Shown piece after piece: positions 24,927 to 37,343 of a DNA stretch of 64,000 nt (position 1 is the stretch's first letter; each line of letters starts with the position of its first letter). The notes beneath the pieces are model-generated. The model saw only the letters and a program-made list of their open reading frames with translations, had not been told where the DNA came from and did not search any database. The stretch comes from Macrostomum hystrix (Eukaryota; Animalia; Platyhelminthes), in NCBI GenBank assembly GCA_950097015.1, contig CATNEN010000039.1, positions 3,038,001 through 3,102,000 on the forward strand, written 5' to 3'. A program made the translations under genes and the position numbers.

Positions 24927-25241
24927 GATGTGATATTTTCAAAGCAGCCCCACTAAAAAATTAGGAAGAACTAAAACAATAATATATATAATATTAGTAC
25001 AAAAGTTATGAAAAAGCAGAGCTTCTACAAACATGGAATTAAACAAGGAAATTGGCTTCGAAGAAAAAAACTCTGTTTAAAAAAGGCTAATATGTAAAAC
25101 AAAGTAGATCACATTCTGCATCAATATATAATAAAGTAAAAAAAATTGCTAAGTAAATCGTTCTTTAAAAAGTATCGACTTCAAATCTATATGATATAAT
25201 AATAGCAATTATTATTAATATAATTGCAGAAGACGTATAAA

Positions 25242-25718
25242 TCTTTCACCGCATTGTTTTCCGCATGGTTTTCCGCATGGTTTTTTTCCTGTATTTTTTG
25301 CATCATGCTGACTTTAATAAAGCACTCATGTGCTGCAATAATCCTTGGTAACATTTTTAGCAAACATATGAAAGAGATTCTAACAACTATATCATACAAG
25401 ATTATATATATACTAGGTCATATCTTACCAGATCATGCCATATCATACCATAACATGCCATATCATACCATATCATGCCATATAATACAAAATCATGCCA
25501 TATCATACCAGATTATGCCATATCATACCAGATCATGTCATATGCTAACATATAGACTACTTCATCATACAAGATTAATACTATACCAGGTCATATCATA
25601 CCATCCATTAAATTAAATTACAGTTTTACAGTAATTTTTACACCATACAAATTTTTGTTAATTTTTACACAGAAAAAAACCGTGCGGAAAACCATGCGGA
25701 AAACAATGCGGTGAAAGA
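25242..25718. repeat. About 50-bp inverted repeat pair enclosing an ATCATACCAT-type low-complexity tract (MITE/foldback-like)
   Basis: 25242-25292 is the near-perfect reverse complement of 25669-25718. Confidence 0.7.
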
Positions 25719-25734
25719 CCCACTCATTTGCAGA

Positions 25735-26075
25735 AGGACTGCGGGCATGGCGCATCATTTCGTGACCCTCACAGCCAGCGAGGAGGCTATCCTGCCCATT
25801 TCGCTGACTTCTGAGCACATACGCACACAAATACTGTACGTAGGCATACGCTCACACAGGTTTGTACATCTGCTCTGACTGTTTCATCGTCAGGCAGCTG
25901 TGTACACTTCACTGTGCCTTGGAAGTTGTCCCTCAAGGGTGTAAATTGCACGACAAGCCCCCAAGCCTTCTCTTCGCGGCTGCGCCCCAAATAAATGTTG
26001 CCTCGCCGTGGAATTGGACTTAGGGACCGCGTTGTGCGAGAGGCAAACGCATTAACCGCTCTGCCACGGATCCCC
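25735..26075 (-). mobile_element. tRNA-derived SINE family A
   Basis: Reverse complement begins GGGGATCCGTGGCAGAGCGGTTAATGC and matches 17803-18087 throughout. Confidence 0.85.
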
Positions 26076-26099
26076 TTCAAATGTAATAATTATATCATT

Positions 26100-26157
26100 A
26101 GCTCATGCGGCTTCGAGGGCCGCATCTGGCCCGCGGGCCGGAGTTTGCCGACCCCTG
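26100..26157 (-). mobile_element. hAT/Charlie-type DNA transposon terminus
   Basis: Reverse complement CAGGGGTCGGCAAACTCCGGCCCGCGGGCC, flanked by ATCTAGAG (NTCTAGAN target preference). Partner end not found. Confidence 0.7.
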
Positions 26158-27756
26158 ATCTAGAGCCTTGATAGAAGCAAAATGTTGTTTTCTCTCATTT
26201 CATCCCATACCCTGTACGTGATTCTTCGATCCGGTTTGCCTGCTCCCGGTTCACATGTTTGTTCATTCCGATTCATAAGAACGGCTCACCTTCGTTGTAC
26301 AAGCAGGGGAGTGGGAGTGACAAGCAGAGAGTGGGATTCCGACCAGTATCCGACAGGTACTGGCGTGCCTTCGAATTAAACTAAAGGGGTGCCTCACTTG
26401 GGAGGTAGGTAGCATCTCCACGAGGGAAGCCCAGGCCCAGATATTATTTAATAACTGGGGAATTAGTCTGTGCTGCCAATCGGGACGGCAATCTGGACAT
26501 CACCGCGCCACCGACTCCACCGTCAACAGACTCTGACGATGGGCTTCACGTCCATTGCCATATACAATAGGCTTGACGAAGAGGCGCTAGACCACTACCA
26601 TTAGGATATTGCATGTCTCAGCCACCTACTCAACTGTGCCTTCAGAGCCCCCTAAAACTACAAGTTTGTTGCATCTGAAAGCTTTTCAGGACTGCGCCAA
26701 GCTAAATTTTTTTGGCCTCACAAACTGCATGCCAAACAGAATACACCGACTGCTCATGTGATTCGATTAGTACCGCAGTGTGACAATAGTGTGACATATT
26801 GGTACTTCTGTACATCCTAGCTTGGTGCAGCCAAAAGCCTTTTTCTATTTTTGACGTAATCAACGAATTTGATAAATTTCCTTGGAATCAGGCACTTGAA
26901 ATATCAGTCACAATGGTCGAAAATAGCTGAGTACAATTAAATGGTTGATCGCGAATTCGAGCTGGGACCTAGTTGTTGCGAGCGGCAAACGCATTATCCG
27001 CTCAGCTACGCTCAGTCCAAATCTTCATGATTAAATTTTTAGCGAAATCAGGAAAGTTCTCAGTTCCATCCCCAATGAGCGCACCTGCCGCCTCGTGCTC
27101 ACAGATAAAAAAGCTTTTAGAGAAGAGAAATCTTTATATTTTGGTCCCTTGAAGGGTTTATTGTCTCGGTTCTCGACCGAGGCACTGTCCAGCAATATGC
27201 ATTTACAGAATACCGGAAAAATAGTTCCATGTCTGAATAGAGGGCAGCAGAGTTCTTGTTTACCTGCAATACGCAATCGAGATTCGCAAGATTAGCTTAA
27301 TCAGGATGCAAGCAATAACCAAAAATATAGCTCTTTGTAGCATGAACTCATTGGTAAACCTACACCGTGCAAGTGTTCAGAAAAAAAAGTGATTTAATTT
27401 TCCGGCTATTGTGAATGCAAAAACACATGAAGCTGATTAACTCTAGCGGGTTAAGTACAGAGTACAGTGAAGCGAATTTTCAGAGGAAAATTTTAATGTA
27501 GCAAAAGCTTATAGTAGGACAGACCGCAAACCAAAACTAAATGATTGAACTGCAAACGGTAAAATTTGACTAGGAAAAACTCACGTGCAAGCAGAGAAAA
27601 TCACTAGCCTTCTGTAAGCAGTCAATATCAATTGGATATAAAAATAATCCTGCACCACGAAATTTATTTTTATATTGGTGCGTGAAAGTGAAAGCGGCAC
27701 TTTGCGACCGTATTACAGAACAATGTCACATCATCCAGAAGCCGAAGGTTCGAGCC

Positions 27757-30700
27757 TCACTGCTTTGCGTAGGAGACGTCGTTCTCAACAGCTCTGATGA
27801 GACAGCAGGCGAGCAGTATGCCGAGTAGCTGGAAGGAATTTACACTTCAATTAATAATAATAATAATATAAATAATAATAATAATAATAATAATAATTGA
27901 CACTAGACCCAAGGGCCAGTGCAGGTGTTGTGTGTCAGGCACACTAGCAGGTGGGGACTGCACACCTATTGTACTCCCCGGCTCTCTCGGACACCGGTTG
28001 ACAGTCGCGTGTCAGCAATTGAATTTATTTTTCCAAACATATCGGCAGCATCCAAACCCCACAGAATTGCCGCACAGAACTGCTTTATTCCACGCCAGCC
28101 CGAATTACTATTACCCGACGAAATGTCGGTACTCATTTGCAGCTGAGTAGACTGTGTGCACATCAGGGCAAAGCAGCTTGCCAAAGGCTGCACGAATAGT
28201 TCTAGACTAAGTCGCGAGTCGAACCCAGGACCATCTGATCCAGAGTCCGACACCTTACTGGCTGAGCTATCCGCCCTGACTGAGCTATCCGCCCACACTT
28301 CAATTGCAAGCGGGCATGGAGAGCAACTGATGAAACAGACAAGGGGTGGCATAGGCCCTCATGGCCTCTTTGCGGATTCGAGCTCACGGACTATGTTACG
28401 ATTGTATGCCATTAAAGATTAACAAGACAATTTGGTGACACTAGACGCGCAGCCAGCAAGGAGGCAATTATGCCCATTTCGAAGACTCCTGAGCATTCTC
28501 CACCCTGATACTGTACGCTGGCACACACTCAGACAGGTGTGTACATCTGCCCTGACTTTCTCATCGTCAGACAGTGTACACTTAACTGTGCCTAACAAGC
28601 CCTTTCAAGCCTTCTCTCCGCGGCTGCGCCCCAAATTAACATGGCCTCGCCGTGGAATCGAGCTCAGGGACCTTGGCGCAAGAAGCGAACGCGTTCAGAC
28701 CGCTCTGCCACTGACTCTAACGATGATGCAACTATTTCATTGTATAATAGGAGTAAAATAATGATGATTCTATTACACCTGCCCCACAGCAAGTCGGGAC
28801 TCGAACTGCGATCCTCAAGTCCTGAGTCCGACGTAACATAACATCTAAATATTAAGACGCTATCTTACCGTGCGATATGACCGCTAATCTAATTGTCATT
28901 TGTGATTAAGCAGTGCTATTGTTGGCTAACTAAAAGGCTTGCCAACAACTTATCAAACCTTGAAAATCCTTGAAGGCGCGGCGCAGGTGTTGCGCATAGC
29001 ACCGACTAAGAGAGGCAATTACCTGTCCCAGATTTCCCCGCAAAATCCTAGAAGCCAGCGCACTCACCTCGAACAGTCCGATTCCAACGCAGATTCCGAT
29101 GAGCGGCCTTGAGTAGTGGCTCACATATTCCAGCAGGCTATTGTAGCACGTCTGCACAATGTCAAGTTGAAAACAATTCGTTCATTTACAATAGAATCAT
29201 TTACAAAAGACCCTGGGGAGGAATTTCAAATTCGAAAAGTTGTTTCGTCGGATAGAGCGTAAAATTTTAGCCTTTATTTTGTTTATTTTGTTTATTTTGT
29301 TTATTTTGTTTATTTTGTTTAATAATCTTTTTTTCATGGCGAGTGGTAGAATATTTTCATTTGAAATTACCCCTGGTCTTTCTACAGTTAATTTGAATCG
29401 CATTTTTCCACATCGAATCAATTAAAAAGTCACCGTGAAAAATCGAGTCTCACCATATTGTTCAGGCCTCCGTTGCTGGCCACAGGCTTGTATGGGCAGT
29501 TTGAGTCCTCCAGCTCGGTGGTGAAGTTCATCCAGGAGTACCGCGGATCCATCACGGCGTTCTTTCGTTCTCTGCGCAGGCGGCAGCAAGTCAGCGGCAC
29601 CAGCAGCTCCTGACCTCCGTAGGTTCGATTCGAAGCCCGCCAGCTGGAGCTGTTGGCAATGTCCCCGACAGAGTGCGCGCCGCAGCATTCGAACTGAAGG
29701 GAATCAAAGAATTACAGAAATCGCCTTTTAACTGCACTGCACTTCCAGACTGCTAATCTATTTATTGTCGACTTCTTCAACAGGCTTCGAGCTAAAAAGT
29801 TAGATCTTGGAGTGTGTGTCTATATGAGTCTCGAGCTGAGCAGCTAGATCTTGGAGTGTGTGTCTATGAGTCTCGAGCTGAGCAGTTAGATCTTGGAGTG
29901 TGTGTGTCTATATGAGTCTCGAGCTGAGCAGCTAGATCTTGGAGTGTGTGTGTCTATGAGTCTCGAGCTGAGCAGCTAGATCTTGGAGTGTGTGTGTCTA
30001 TATGAGTCTCGAGCTGAGCAGCTAGATCTTGGAGTGTGTGTGTCTATGAGTCTCGAGCTGAGCAGCTAGATCTTGGAGTGTGTGTCTATGCGTCTCGAGC
30101 TGAGCAGCTAGATCTTGGAGTGTGTGTGTCTATGAGTCTCGAGCTGAGCAGCTAGATCTTGGAGTGTGTGTGTCTATGAGTCTCGAGCTGAGCAGCTAGA
30201 TCTTGGAGTGTGTGTCTATGAGTCTCGAGCTGAGCAGCTAGATCTTGGAGTGTGTGTGTCTATGAGTCTCGAGCTGAGCAGCTAGATCTTGGAGTGTGTG
30301 TCTATGCGTCTCGAGCTGAGCAGCTAGATCTTGGAGTGTGTGTGTCTATGAGTCTCGAGCTGAGCAGCTAGATCTTGGAGTGTGTGTGTCTATGAGTCTC
30401 GAGCTGAGCAGCTAGATCTTGGAGTGTGTGTCTATGAGTCTCGAGCTGAGCAGCTAGATCTTGGAGTGTGTGTCTATGAGTCTCGAGCTGAGCAGCTAGA
30501 TCTTGGAGTGTGTGTGTCTATGAGTCTCGAGCTGAGCAGCTAGATCTTGGAGTGTGTGTCTATGAGTCTCGAGCTGAGCAGCTAGATCTTGGAGTGTGTG
30601 TCTAGATGAGTCTCGAGCTGAGCAGCTAGATCTCGGAGTGTGTGTCTATGAGTCTCGAGCTAAAAGGTTAGATCTTGGAGTGTGTGTCTATGAGTCTCGA

Positions 30701-32782
30701 GCTGAGCAGCTAGATCTTGGAGTGTGTGTCTATGAGTCTCGAGCTGAGCAGTTAGATCTTGGAGTGTGTGTCTATGAGTCTCGAGCTGAGCAGTTAGATC
30801 TTGGAGTGTGTGTCTATGAGTCTCGAGCTGAGCAGCTAGATCTTGGAGTGTGTGTCTATGAGTCTCGAGCTGAGCAGCTAGATCTTGGAGTGTGTGTCTA
30901 TGAGTCTCGAGCTGAGCAGCTAGATCTCGGAGTGTGTGTCTATGAGTCTCGAGCTGAGCAGCTAGATCTTGGAGTGTGTGTCTATGAGTCTCGAGCTGAG
31001 CAGCTAGATCTTGGAGTGTGTGTCTATGAGTCTCGAGCTGAGCAGCTAGATCTTGGAGTGTGTGTCTATGAGTCTCGAGCTGAGCAGCTAGATCTTGGAG
31101 TGTGTGTCTATGAGTCTCGAGCTGAGCAGCTAGATCTTGGAGTGTGTGTCTATGAGTCTCGAGCTGAGCAGCTAGATCTTGGAGTGTGTGTCTATGAGTC
31201 TCGAGCTGAGCAGCTAGATCTTGGAGTGTGTGTCTATGAGTCTCGAGCTGAGCAGCTAGATCTCGGAGTGTGTGTCTATGAGTCTCGAGCTGAGCAGCTA
31301 GATCTTGGAGTGTGTGTCTATGAGTCTCGAGCTGAACAGCTAGATCTCGGAGTGTGTGTCTATGAGTCTCGAGCTGAGCAGCTAGATCTCGGAGTGTGTG
31401 TCTATGCGTCTCGAGCTGAGCAGCTAGATCTCGGAGTGTGTGTCTATGAGTCTCGAGCTGAGCAGCTAGATCTCGGAGTGTGTGTCTATGAGTCTCGAGC
31501 TGAGCAGCTAGATCTTGGAGTGTGTGTCTATGAGTCTCGAGCTGAGCAGTTAGATCTTGGAGTGTGTGTCTATGAGTCTCGAGCTGAGCAGCTAGATCTT
31601 GGAGTGTGTGTCTATGCGTCTCGAGCTGAGCAGCTAGATCTTGAATTTCAAGCTTTGCGTCTTTGGAGTCGAAAATTCTATCGACTCCGAATCCCATTCC
31701 CGTCTCACCATCAGCTGGACATAGTTGATGAGGAAGGTGACCAGGGCCCGTCCCCCAGATTTATCCAGCCTCAGATAGTCAGGAATTGAGACGAAGAACT
31801 TGTCCTGCAGACGCTGCATGCCTTCCACCGTGGTTGAGCGGACATGGTTCTGGAACACGGCCGCCATGATGGCTGCCGCGATCTCGATGACCAGCACCAG
31901 ACCCACCAGGGCTGCGTACTGGAATTTACAATTTGATTTGAGCATCGTGAGAATGAAGTGACATTTGAGCCTGAATATGCTCAAACATATGAACTGATCT
32001 TAGGGTTGCGGGCAATGGCACATCATTTGGTGACACTACAACCACAGCCAGCGAGGAGGCAATTCTGCCCATTTCGATGACTCCTGAGCACACACGCACA
32101 CAGCTGTGTACATCTGCCCTTACTTTCTCATCTTCAGGCAGTGTACACTTTCCCTGTGCCTTTGTGGTTAGCCCTCAAGGTCGTAATTTGCACCTCATGC
32201 CCCCACAAGTCTTCTCTCCGCGGCTTCACTCCAAATCAGTGTGGCCTCACCGCGGAATCGAGCTCAGGGACCTTGGGGCGAGATGCAAACGCGTTAACGC
32301 ATTGGCCACCCACCCCAGATTTTTTAGCCTGAATTTGTGGCTTTGAGTATAACAACCAAGACCAAAATTAATTTCACCTGAAGTATAATGTTATATCACT
32401 CACCTTTAGACTACTTTCTCAAATTCTAGAATATTTCGTAGCAGAGGACATTGAGCTCAGTACTCACAATTGTAAGCAGACACTTGGACTCCTTCATGGC
32501 GCCGCAACAGCCACAGAAGCCCACCAGCAAGGTGAACAAGCCCAGGCCAATCAGAATGTAGCCAGCTGCGGTCACCGTGCCGCTCTGATTGGCCACCGAG
32601 CTGATGTCGCCGCTACTGGCCCCATCCGCCATCTTAGCGTCCAACAGGTTGATGAAGCGGAACAAGTCATTCCGGTTGACAACCACCCAGATTCCCAGAC
32701 CCAAGCTGGCGATGCCGAAGATGAAGAAGGCGATGTTGAACACGAACAGGAACAACTTGGCCAGGGATGTGCTGCAGCCCAT
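27757..32782 (-). CDS. Tetraspanin
   Basis: Exons 32782-32468, 31918-31709, 29693-29454, 29151-29068, 27828-27757. Motifs KLFLFVFNIAF, GFCGCCGAMKESKCLL, FECCG, PLTCC, and TM4 with C-terminal ACCL. Confidence 0.92.
27851..28293 (-). mobile_element. tRNA-derived SINE family B (CORE-like) with (TTA)n tail
   Basis: Head GGGCGGATAGCTCAG...GGTTCGACTC, CORE-like CCTTTGGCAAG...CTACTCAGCTGCAAATGAGTACC, microsatellite tail at 27851-27897. Confidence 0.75.
28430..28712 (-). mobile_element. tRNA-derived SINE family A
   Basis: A box GTGGCAGAGCGG, B-box-like GCTCGATTCC and shared body. Confidence 0.8.
29800..31642. repeat. 42-bp minisatellite
   Basis: GAGTCTCGAGCTGAGCAGCTAGATCTTGGAGTGTGTGTCTAT units with variable (GT)n. 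Confidence 0.96.
32000..32316 (-). mobile_element. tRNA-derived SINE family A, near full length
   Basis: tRNA-like head, shared body, 3' end ...CACCAAATGATGTGCCATTGCCCGCAACCCTAA. Confidence 0.85.
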
Positions 32783-34274
32783 GGTTAACTAGCTAACAAG
32801 CCTCAGGCGCTGATGAGTCTGCAACGATGCGGTTTTGCAAGGCCATAAAAATGAAAACATTGTTCAAAAGTGGTGACACGAGGTGAATTTTAGAACACGA
32901 GCTGAAACCAGGCAGTTGCCACAGAGCTTTCTCTCACCTGTTTTGAGTTCTTGCACAGCGAGTCTATGCCTCAGCAACTGCTCAAAATAGGCGGCGGTGG
33001 GTGATAAGCGGTGAGCTCGGGCCGGGTGAGCTATATGGCGTTTTCCGCTCCACGAAACACACCAACCCGTGCCAAGAAATCTCAAGCCTGCACTGGCTGC
33101 GGGGCCCAGACAGAGGCGACACTAAATCGATTTTTTCTCTCTCCTTTGGCCCCAGTCTTCTGCTTCTTCTTGTTCTGTGTCTCCCTGACCCTGCGACCGC
33201 CTCTGGCAGGCCGTGCTCTCTCGGCCCATTGTGCGATCAGATTAACTGCTCAATCTCGCCCTGAGCACATTTTTGCATCTGTCTCTGGGTGCACGTGGGC
33301 ATTCTTTCACCGCAGTACAGTCAGGCAGTCTGGCCCACACGCAGGGTATGATATAGCCATCTGCGTTAAGCACAGTGAATTTTTTTAGCATTGCACTCAC
33401 TGAACAAAGCTAAATTCTGCATCACGAACTAAACTTGGCAGTTTTTTTCAGCTCAGGTAAGATTTCGATAATGGCAAATCATAACCAATTCATACCTGAG
33501 TATTTAAGGCAAGTCAACGAAACAGGAAAAAGTATTTTTGTCAAATAAAATGATTTTTTTCACAATTATTTTTCAAAGTGGCCCAGCTCAGCCCAGCTCA
33601 GGGGCATTGAACAGCTGTGTTTGCCGCTGTCCCCCCTTGCCCCCTCGGGGCAGAAAAGTTTCCACACGGGGAAGCATAGACTGGAGGGAGGGGCGGTCAG
33701 CGCTGATTTTCCTATGGAATCAAAAAATCGATTTGCCCAAAAAAGTCAGTCCAAAATGCAAAGCTGCAAATGCTTGGGTTCGGTTGAACGGCCCTAAAAA
33801 CTTCCTGCAGCCGCCGCCCACACTGCGCGCCTCAAAGCCAGTTTGATCTGAGGTTGCGGGGTCTCATGCCACAAAGCTCAGGTAAATCTGTGGAGGGGGT
33901 GGGTGCGCAGAATCGATTGCTGGTTCAAAGTCAATCTTTTCTTTTAGTCATTCTGAGACACTGTTGTGCTTCAATCTCAGTGGGATCATGGAGTGGCCAG
34001 TTAGGATTTCCTAAAATGGAAAATTCCCAGTGCACTTGACAATGAAGGCTCCGGACATGACGCGGCCTTTATCCCCAAATCGGATGATCGAAATTGTGAA
34101 CAGGAATGAAGAAAGCTGCGTGTAATTAGGATTTTACACTTAAAAGAATTCGAAAAATGCTACCTTGATGCAATACTTCCTAACTACTTCCTTATATAAA
34201 GGGTGCTGGGTACTTCAGGGTTAGGTTAAGGTGGATAACAGATTGGCACAACTTCTGAAACAGCTTTTCACGTC

Positions 34275-35590
34275 CTCTGTAACAGCTTGACTTGTCTTCT
34301 GTGACAGCTTGGCTTGTCTTCTGTGACAGCTTGGCTTGTCTTCTGTGACAGCTTGGCTTGTCTTCTGTGACAGCTTGGCTTGTCTTCTATGACAGCTTGG
34401 CTTGTCTTCTGTGACAGCTTAGAACGTCCTCTGTAACAGCTTGACTTGTCCTCTGTAACAGCTTGACTTGTCCTCTGTTACAGCTTGACTTGTCCTCTGT
34501 TACAGCTTGACTTGTCCTCTGTTACAGCTTGACTTGTCCTCTGTTACAGCTTGGCTTGTCTTCTGTGACAGCTTGGCTTGTCTTCAATGACAGCTTGGCT
34601 TGTCTTCTGTGACAGCTTGGCTTGTCTTCTGTGACAGCTTGGCTTGTCTTCAATGACAGCTTGGCTTGTCTTCTGTGACAGCTTGACTTGTCCTCTGTTA
34701 CAGCTTGGCTTGTCTTCTGTGACAGCTTGGCTTGTCTTCAATGACAGCTTGGCTTGTCTTCTGTGACAGCTTAGAACGTCCTCTGTAACAGCTTGACTTG
34801 TCCTCTGTAACAGCTTGACTAATCCTCTGTTACAGCTTGACTTGTCCTCTGTAACAGCTTGACTAATCCTCTGTTACAGCTTGACTTGTCCTCTGTTACA
34901 GCTTGGCTTGTCTTCTGTGACAGCTTGACTTGTCCTCTGTTACAGCTTGGCTTGTCTTCTGTGACAGCTTGGCTTGTCTTCAATGACAGCTTGGCTTGTC
35001 TTCTGTGACAGCTTAGAACGTCCTCTGTTACAGCTTGACTTATCCTCTGTTACAGCTAGACTTATCCTCTGTTACAGCTTGACTTGTCCTCTGTTACAGC
35101 TTGACTTGTCCTCTGTTACAGCTTGACTTGTCCTCTGTTACAGCTTGACTTGTCCTCTGTTACAGCTTGACTTGTCCTCTGTTACAGCTTGACTTATCCT
35201 CTGTTACAGCTTGACTTGTCCTCTGTTACAGCTTGACTTGTCCTCTGTTACAGCTTGACTTGTCCTCTGTTACAGCTTGACACAACTTCTGAAACAGCTT
35301 GGATTATCATCTGTAACAGCTTGGATTATCATCTGTAACAGCTTGGATTATCATCTGTAACAGCTTGGATTATCATCTGTAACAGCTTGGATTATCATCT
35401 GTAACAGCTTGGATTATCATCTGTAACAGCTTGGATTATCATCTGTAACAGCTTGGATTATCATCTGTAACAGCTTGGATTATCATCTGTAACAGCTTGG
35501 ATTATCCTCTGTAACAGCTTGGATTATCCTCTGTAACAGCTTGGATTAGCATCTGTAACAGCTTGGATTTTCCTCTGTAACAACTTGACA
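34275..35590. repeat. 22-bp minisatellite
   Basis: CTGTNACAGCTTG(G/A)CTTGTC(T/C)T units, shifting to CTGTAACAGCTTGGATTATCAT. Confidence 0.94.
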
Positions 35591-35722
35591 CCTTTACTTA
35601 ATTGCAGGGGGGCCTGGGGCACTTGACGCACAAGCGCAGGAACGGCATGCCCCCAAACAACTAACAACTTGACACCTCTACCAGCCAGTTTTAACCCGTT
35701 GCAGCTAGGCAGCCTCGTCGCC

Positions 35723-37343
35723 ATGGGCAACCAGATCGCCCTGATCACCAAGTCAGGGAGCATCCAGGTGGGCGAGCGCACCAACCCGAGCAGGGCGGAC
35801 TGGATCACAGAGCACGCCGTGGCCACCGGATTGTCCGTTGTAGAAGTCGAGAGGCTGTGGCTTCGCTTTCAGCAGCTCGGCTGCACCTCGGAGGGCGTCA
35901 TCAACAACGACGTGCTGCGCAAGCGCTCGATGTACAGCGAAGACACGTTTCTAAGAAAATTTATCGGCTACTTAAGAGACGACTTTCGGGCGGACGGGAA
36001 AGTGACGTTTCAGAACTTCTGCAATACCATGTACTGGATTGAGAAGGCCACCCTGAGAGACAAGCTGATTGGTGAGCTGATGAAGGGATTTCTGAAGATC
36101 AGGAATGTAGCATCTTCGAGAATGGCTTCTCTGATGATCTGGTAGGGTAGCGGTTTTGAGGATCTGGTAGGGTAGCGGCTTTGAGGATCTGGTAGGATAG
36201 CGGCTGTGAGGATCTGGTAGGGTAGCGGCTGTGAGGATCTGGTAGGGTAGCGGCTGTGAGGATCTGGTAGGGTAGCGGCTGTAAGGATCTGGTAGCGTAA
36301 CGTCTGTGATCTGGTAGGGCGACACCGGTTCTGCTTGCTTACTGCAAGTACGAGGCACAGAAGAAAGGGACGAGTGGCAGAGCAGTTAACGCGTCTGCCT
36401 CTCGCACCGAGGTCCTCGAGCTTAATTCCGCTGCGGATCTGCGAGGCTACATTAGTTTGCTTTTGTGCTTTTCGTGCAATTTACACACATGAGGGCTAAG
36501 GCACGTTATCCATTTGCATGTGCACTCAGGACTCAGCATGAGGTCAGAACTGCCTCCTCGTTTGCGTTTGTCACCAAATGATGTGCCCACAGCCCTAATT
36601 AGTTCTTAGTAAGCTAACTTAGACTCCTTCGACATCCCTGCTAAACTGCAGCCATCTTCAACTACCTGAACAATGGCAACCCGCTGGACAAGGCCACTGT
36701 GCGTCAGATCCTGCCGAAGATCATTGAGAACGACTCCGAGCAAGGCTATGACCGTCTGGCAGACACCCTGATGGAGCAGCTCAGCAGCCGTGGAGCCGAT
36801 AACGGAGCTGGTGGCGGCGCTGAGGCGTACATCAGCCAGGACAGCTTCGTGCAGTACTGCATCGATCGCATAACGAAGAGCCGTCTGGAAGCTCTCCTGG
36901 CCTTCAACGTCATACCGAGGCACGTCAGCGACCAGGCCCGGCAGGAGCTGGAGCGAGCCGAGGCCGAAGGCGCCAACCGGCCCAAGCAATCGAACAAGCC
37001 GGCCGCCGCAGCGGAGCCGCCTGTTGACGCGGCCGAAGCTGTCTACACTGTGCCAACGGACGCCCAGCTGGCCGTGGTGGCACAGAGAGCCAGCCGCCGC
37101 GACTATCGCCTGCTCGGCAACAAGCTTGGCTTCTACGAGTCCGACATGAACCAGATTGAGAACCTGTACAGGGGTGACCGCTTCCAGCAGCTCTACCACA
37201 TGCTGGTGGAGTGGCGCAAGCGGGAGGGCAAGACGGCCTATGTGATCACCCTGCAGAAGGTGCTGCAGGAGTGCCTGATGCCAGACATTGCAGCCGAGCT
37301 CAATCCCAAGCACAGGGATGAGCAGAAGAACTGGAGTCTTTAG
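35723..37343 (+). CDS. Calcineurin B/CHP-like EF-hand protein with C-terminal death domain (about 346 aa)
   Basis: Exons 35723-36071 and 36652-37343 (phase 1, G|gtgag...cag|CC). N-terminal MGNQIA; TGLSVVEVERLWLRFQQL...VTFQNFCNTM...DKLIAIFNYL resembles CNB/CHP. C-terminal YRLLGNKLGFYESDMNQIE...QQLYHMLVEWRKREGKTAYVITLQKVLQEC..DIAAEL matches the death-domain pattern. Confidence 0.8.
36135..36320. repeat. 25-bp minisatellite
   Basis: GATCTGGTAGGGTAGCGGCTGTGAG units. Confidence 0.9.
36366..36598 (+). mobile_element. tRNA-derived SINE family A, internally deleted
   Basis: GGGACGAGTGGCAGAGCAGTTAACGCG head; ends CACCAAATGATGTGCCCACAGCCCTAA. Confidence 0.8.

Noticed and set aside
26340-26655. Possible RTE-type 5' UTR HDV-like ribozyme on the minus strand (GCTCTGA...TCAGAGT)
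   Set aside because: Only P1 fits; L3, P1.1 and P2 do not match. Probably a repeat fragment, but I cannot classify it.
28930-29023. Alternative last tetraspanin exon (VIASLSRCYAQ...)
   Set aside because: It would leave a 44-nt intron and a poor TM4. Exon 27828-27757 gives the canonical hydrophobic, Cys-containing end.
30596-31789. Long repetitive ORFs on both strands; likewise 4843-5655, 18858-20048, 20559-21820, 37642-38494, 47142-48070, 48516-49307
   Set aside because: They are translations of stop-free minisatellite units in introns or spacers, often open in several frames.
32000-32250. Complete HDV-like ribozyme in SINE A (GGCCACA...GCC-TCCTCGCT-GGC-TGTGGTT)
   Set aside because: P1 works in this copy only. 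Other copies give TGYGGGT, which pairs better with the terminal CCCRCAGCC. P1.1 GG, J4/2 and a contiguous P2 could not be assigned.
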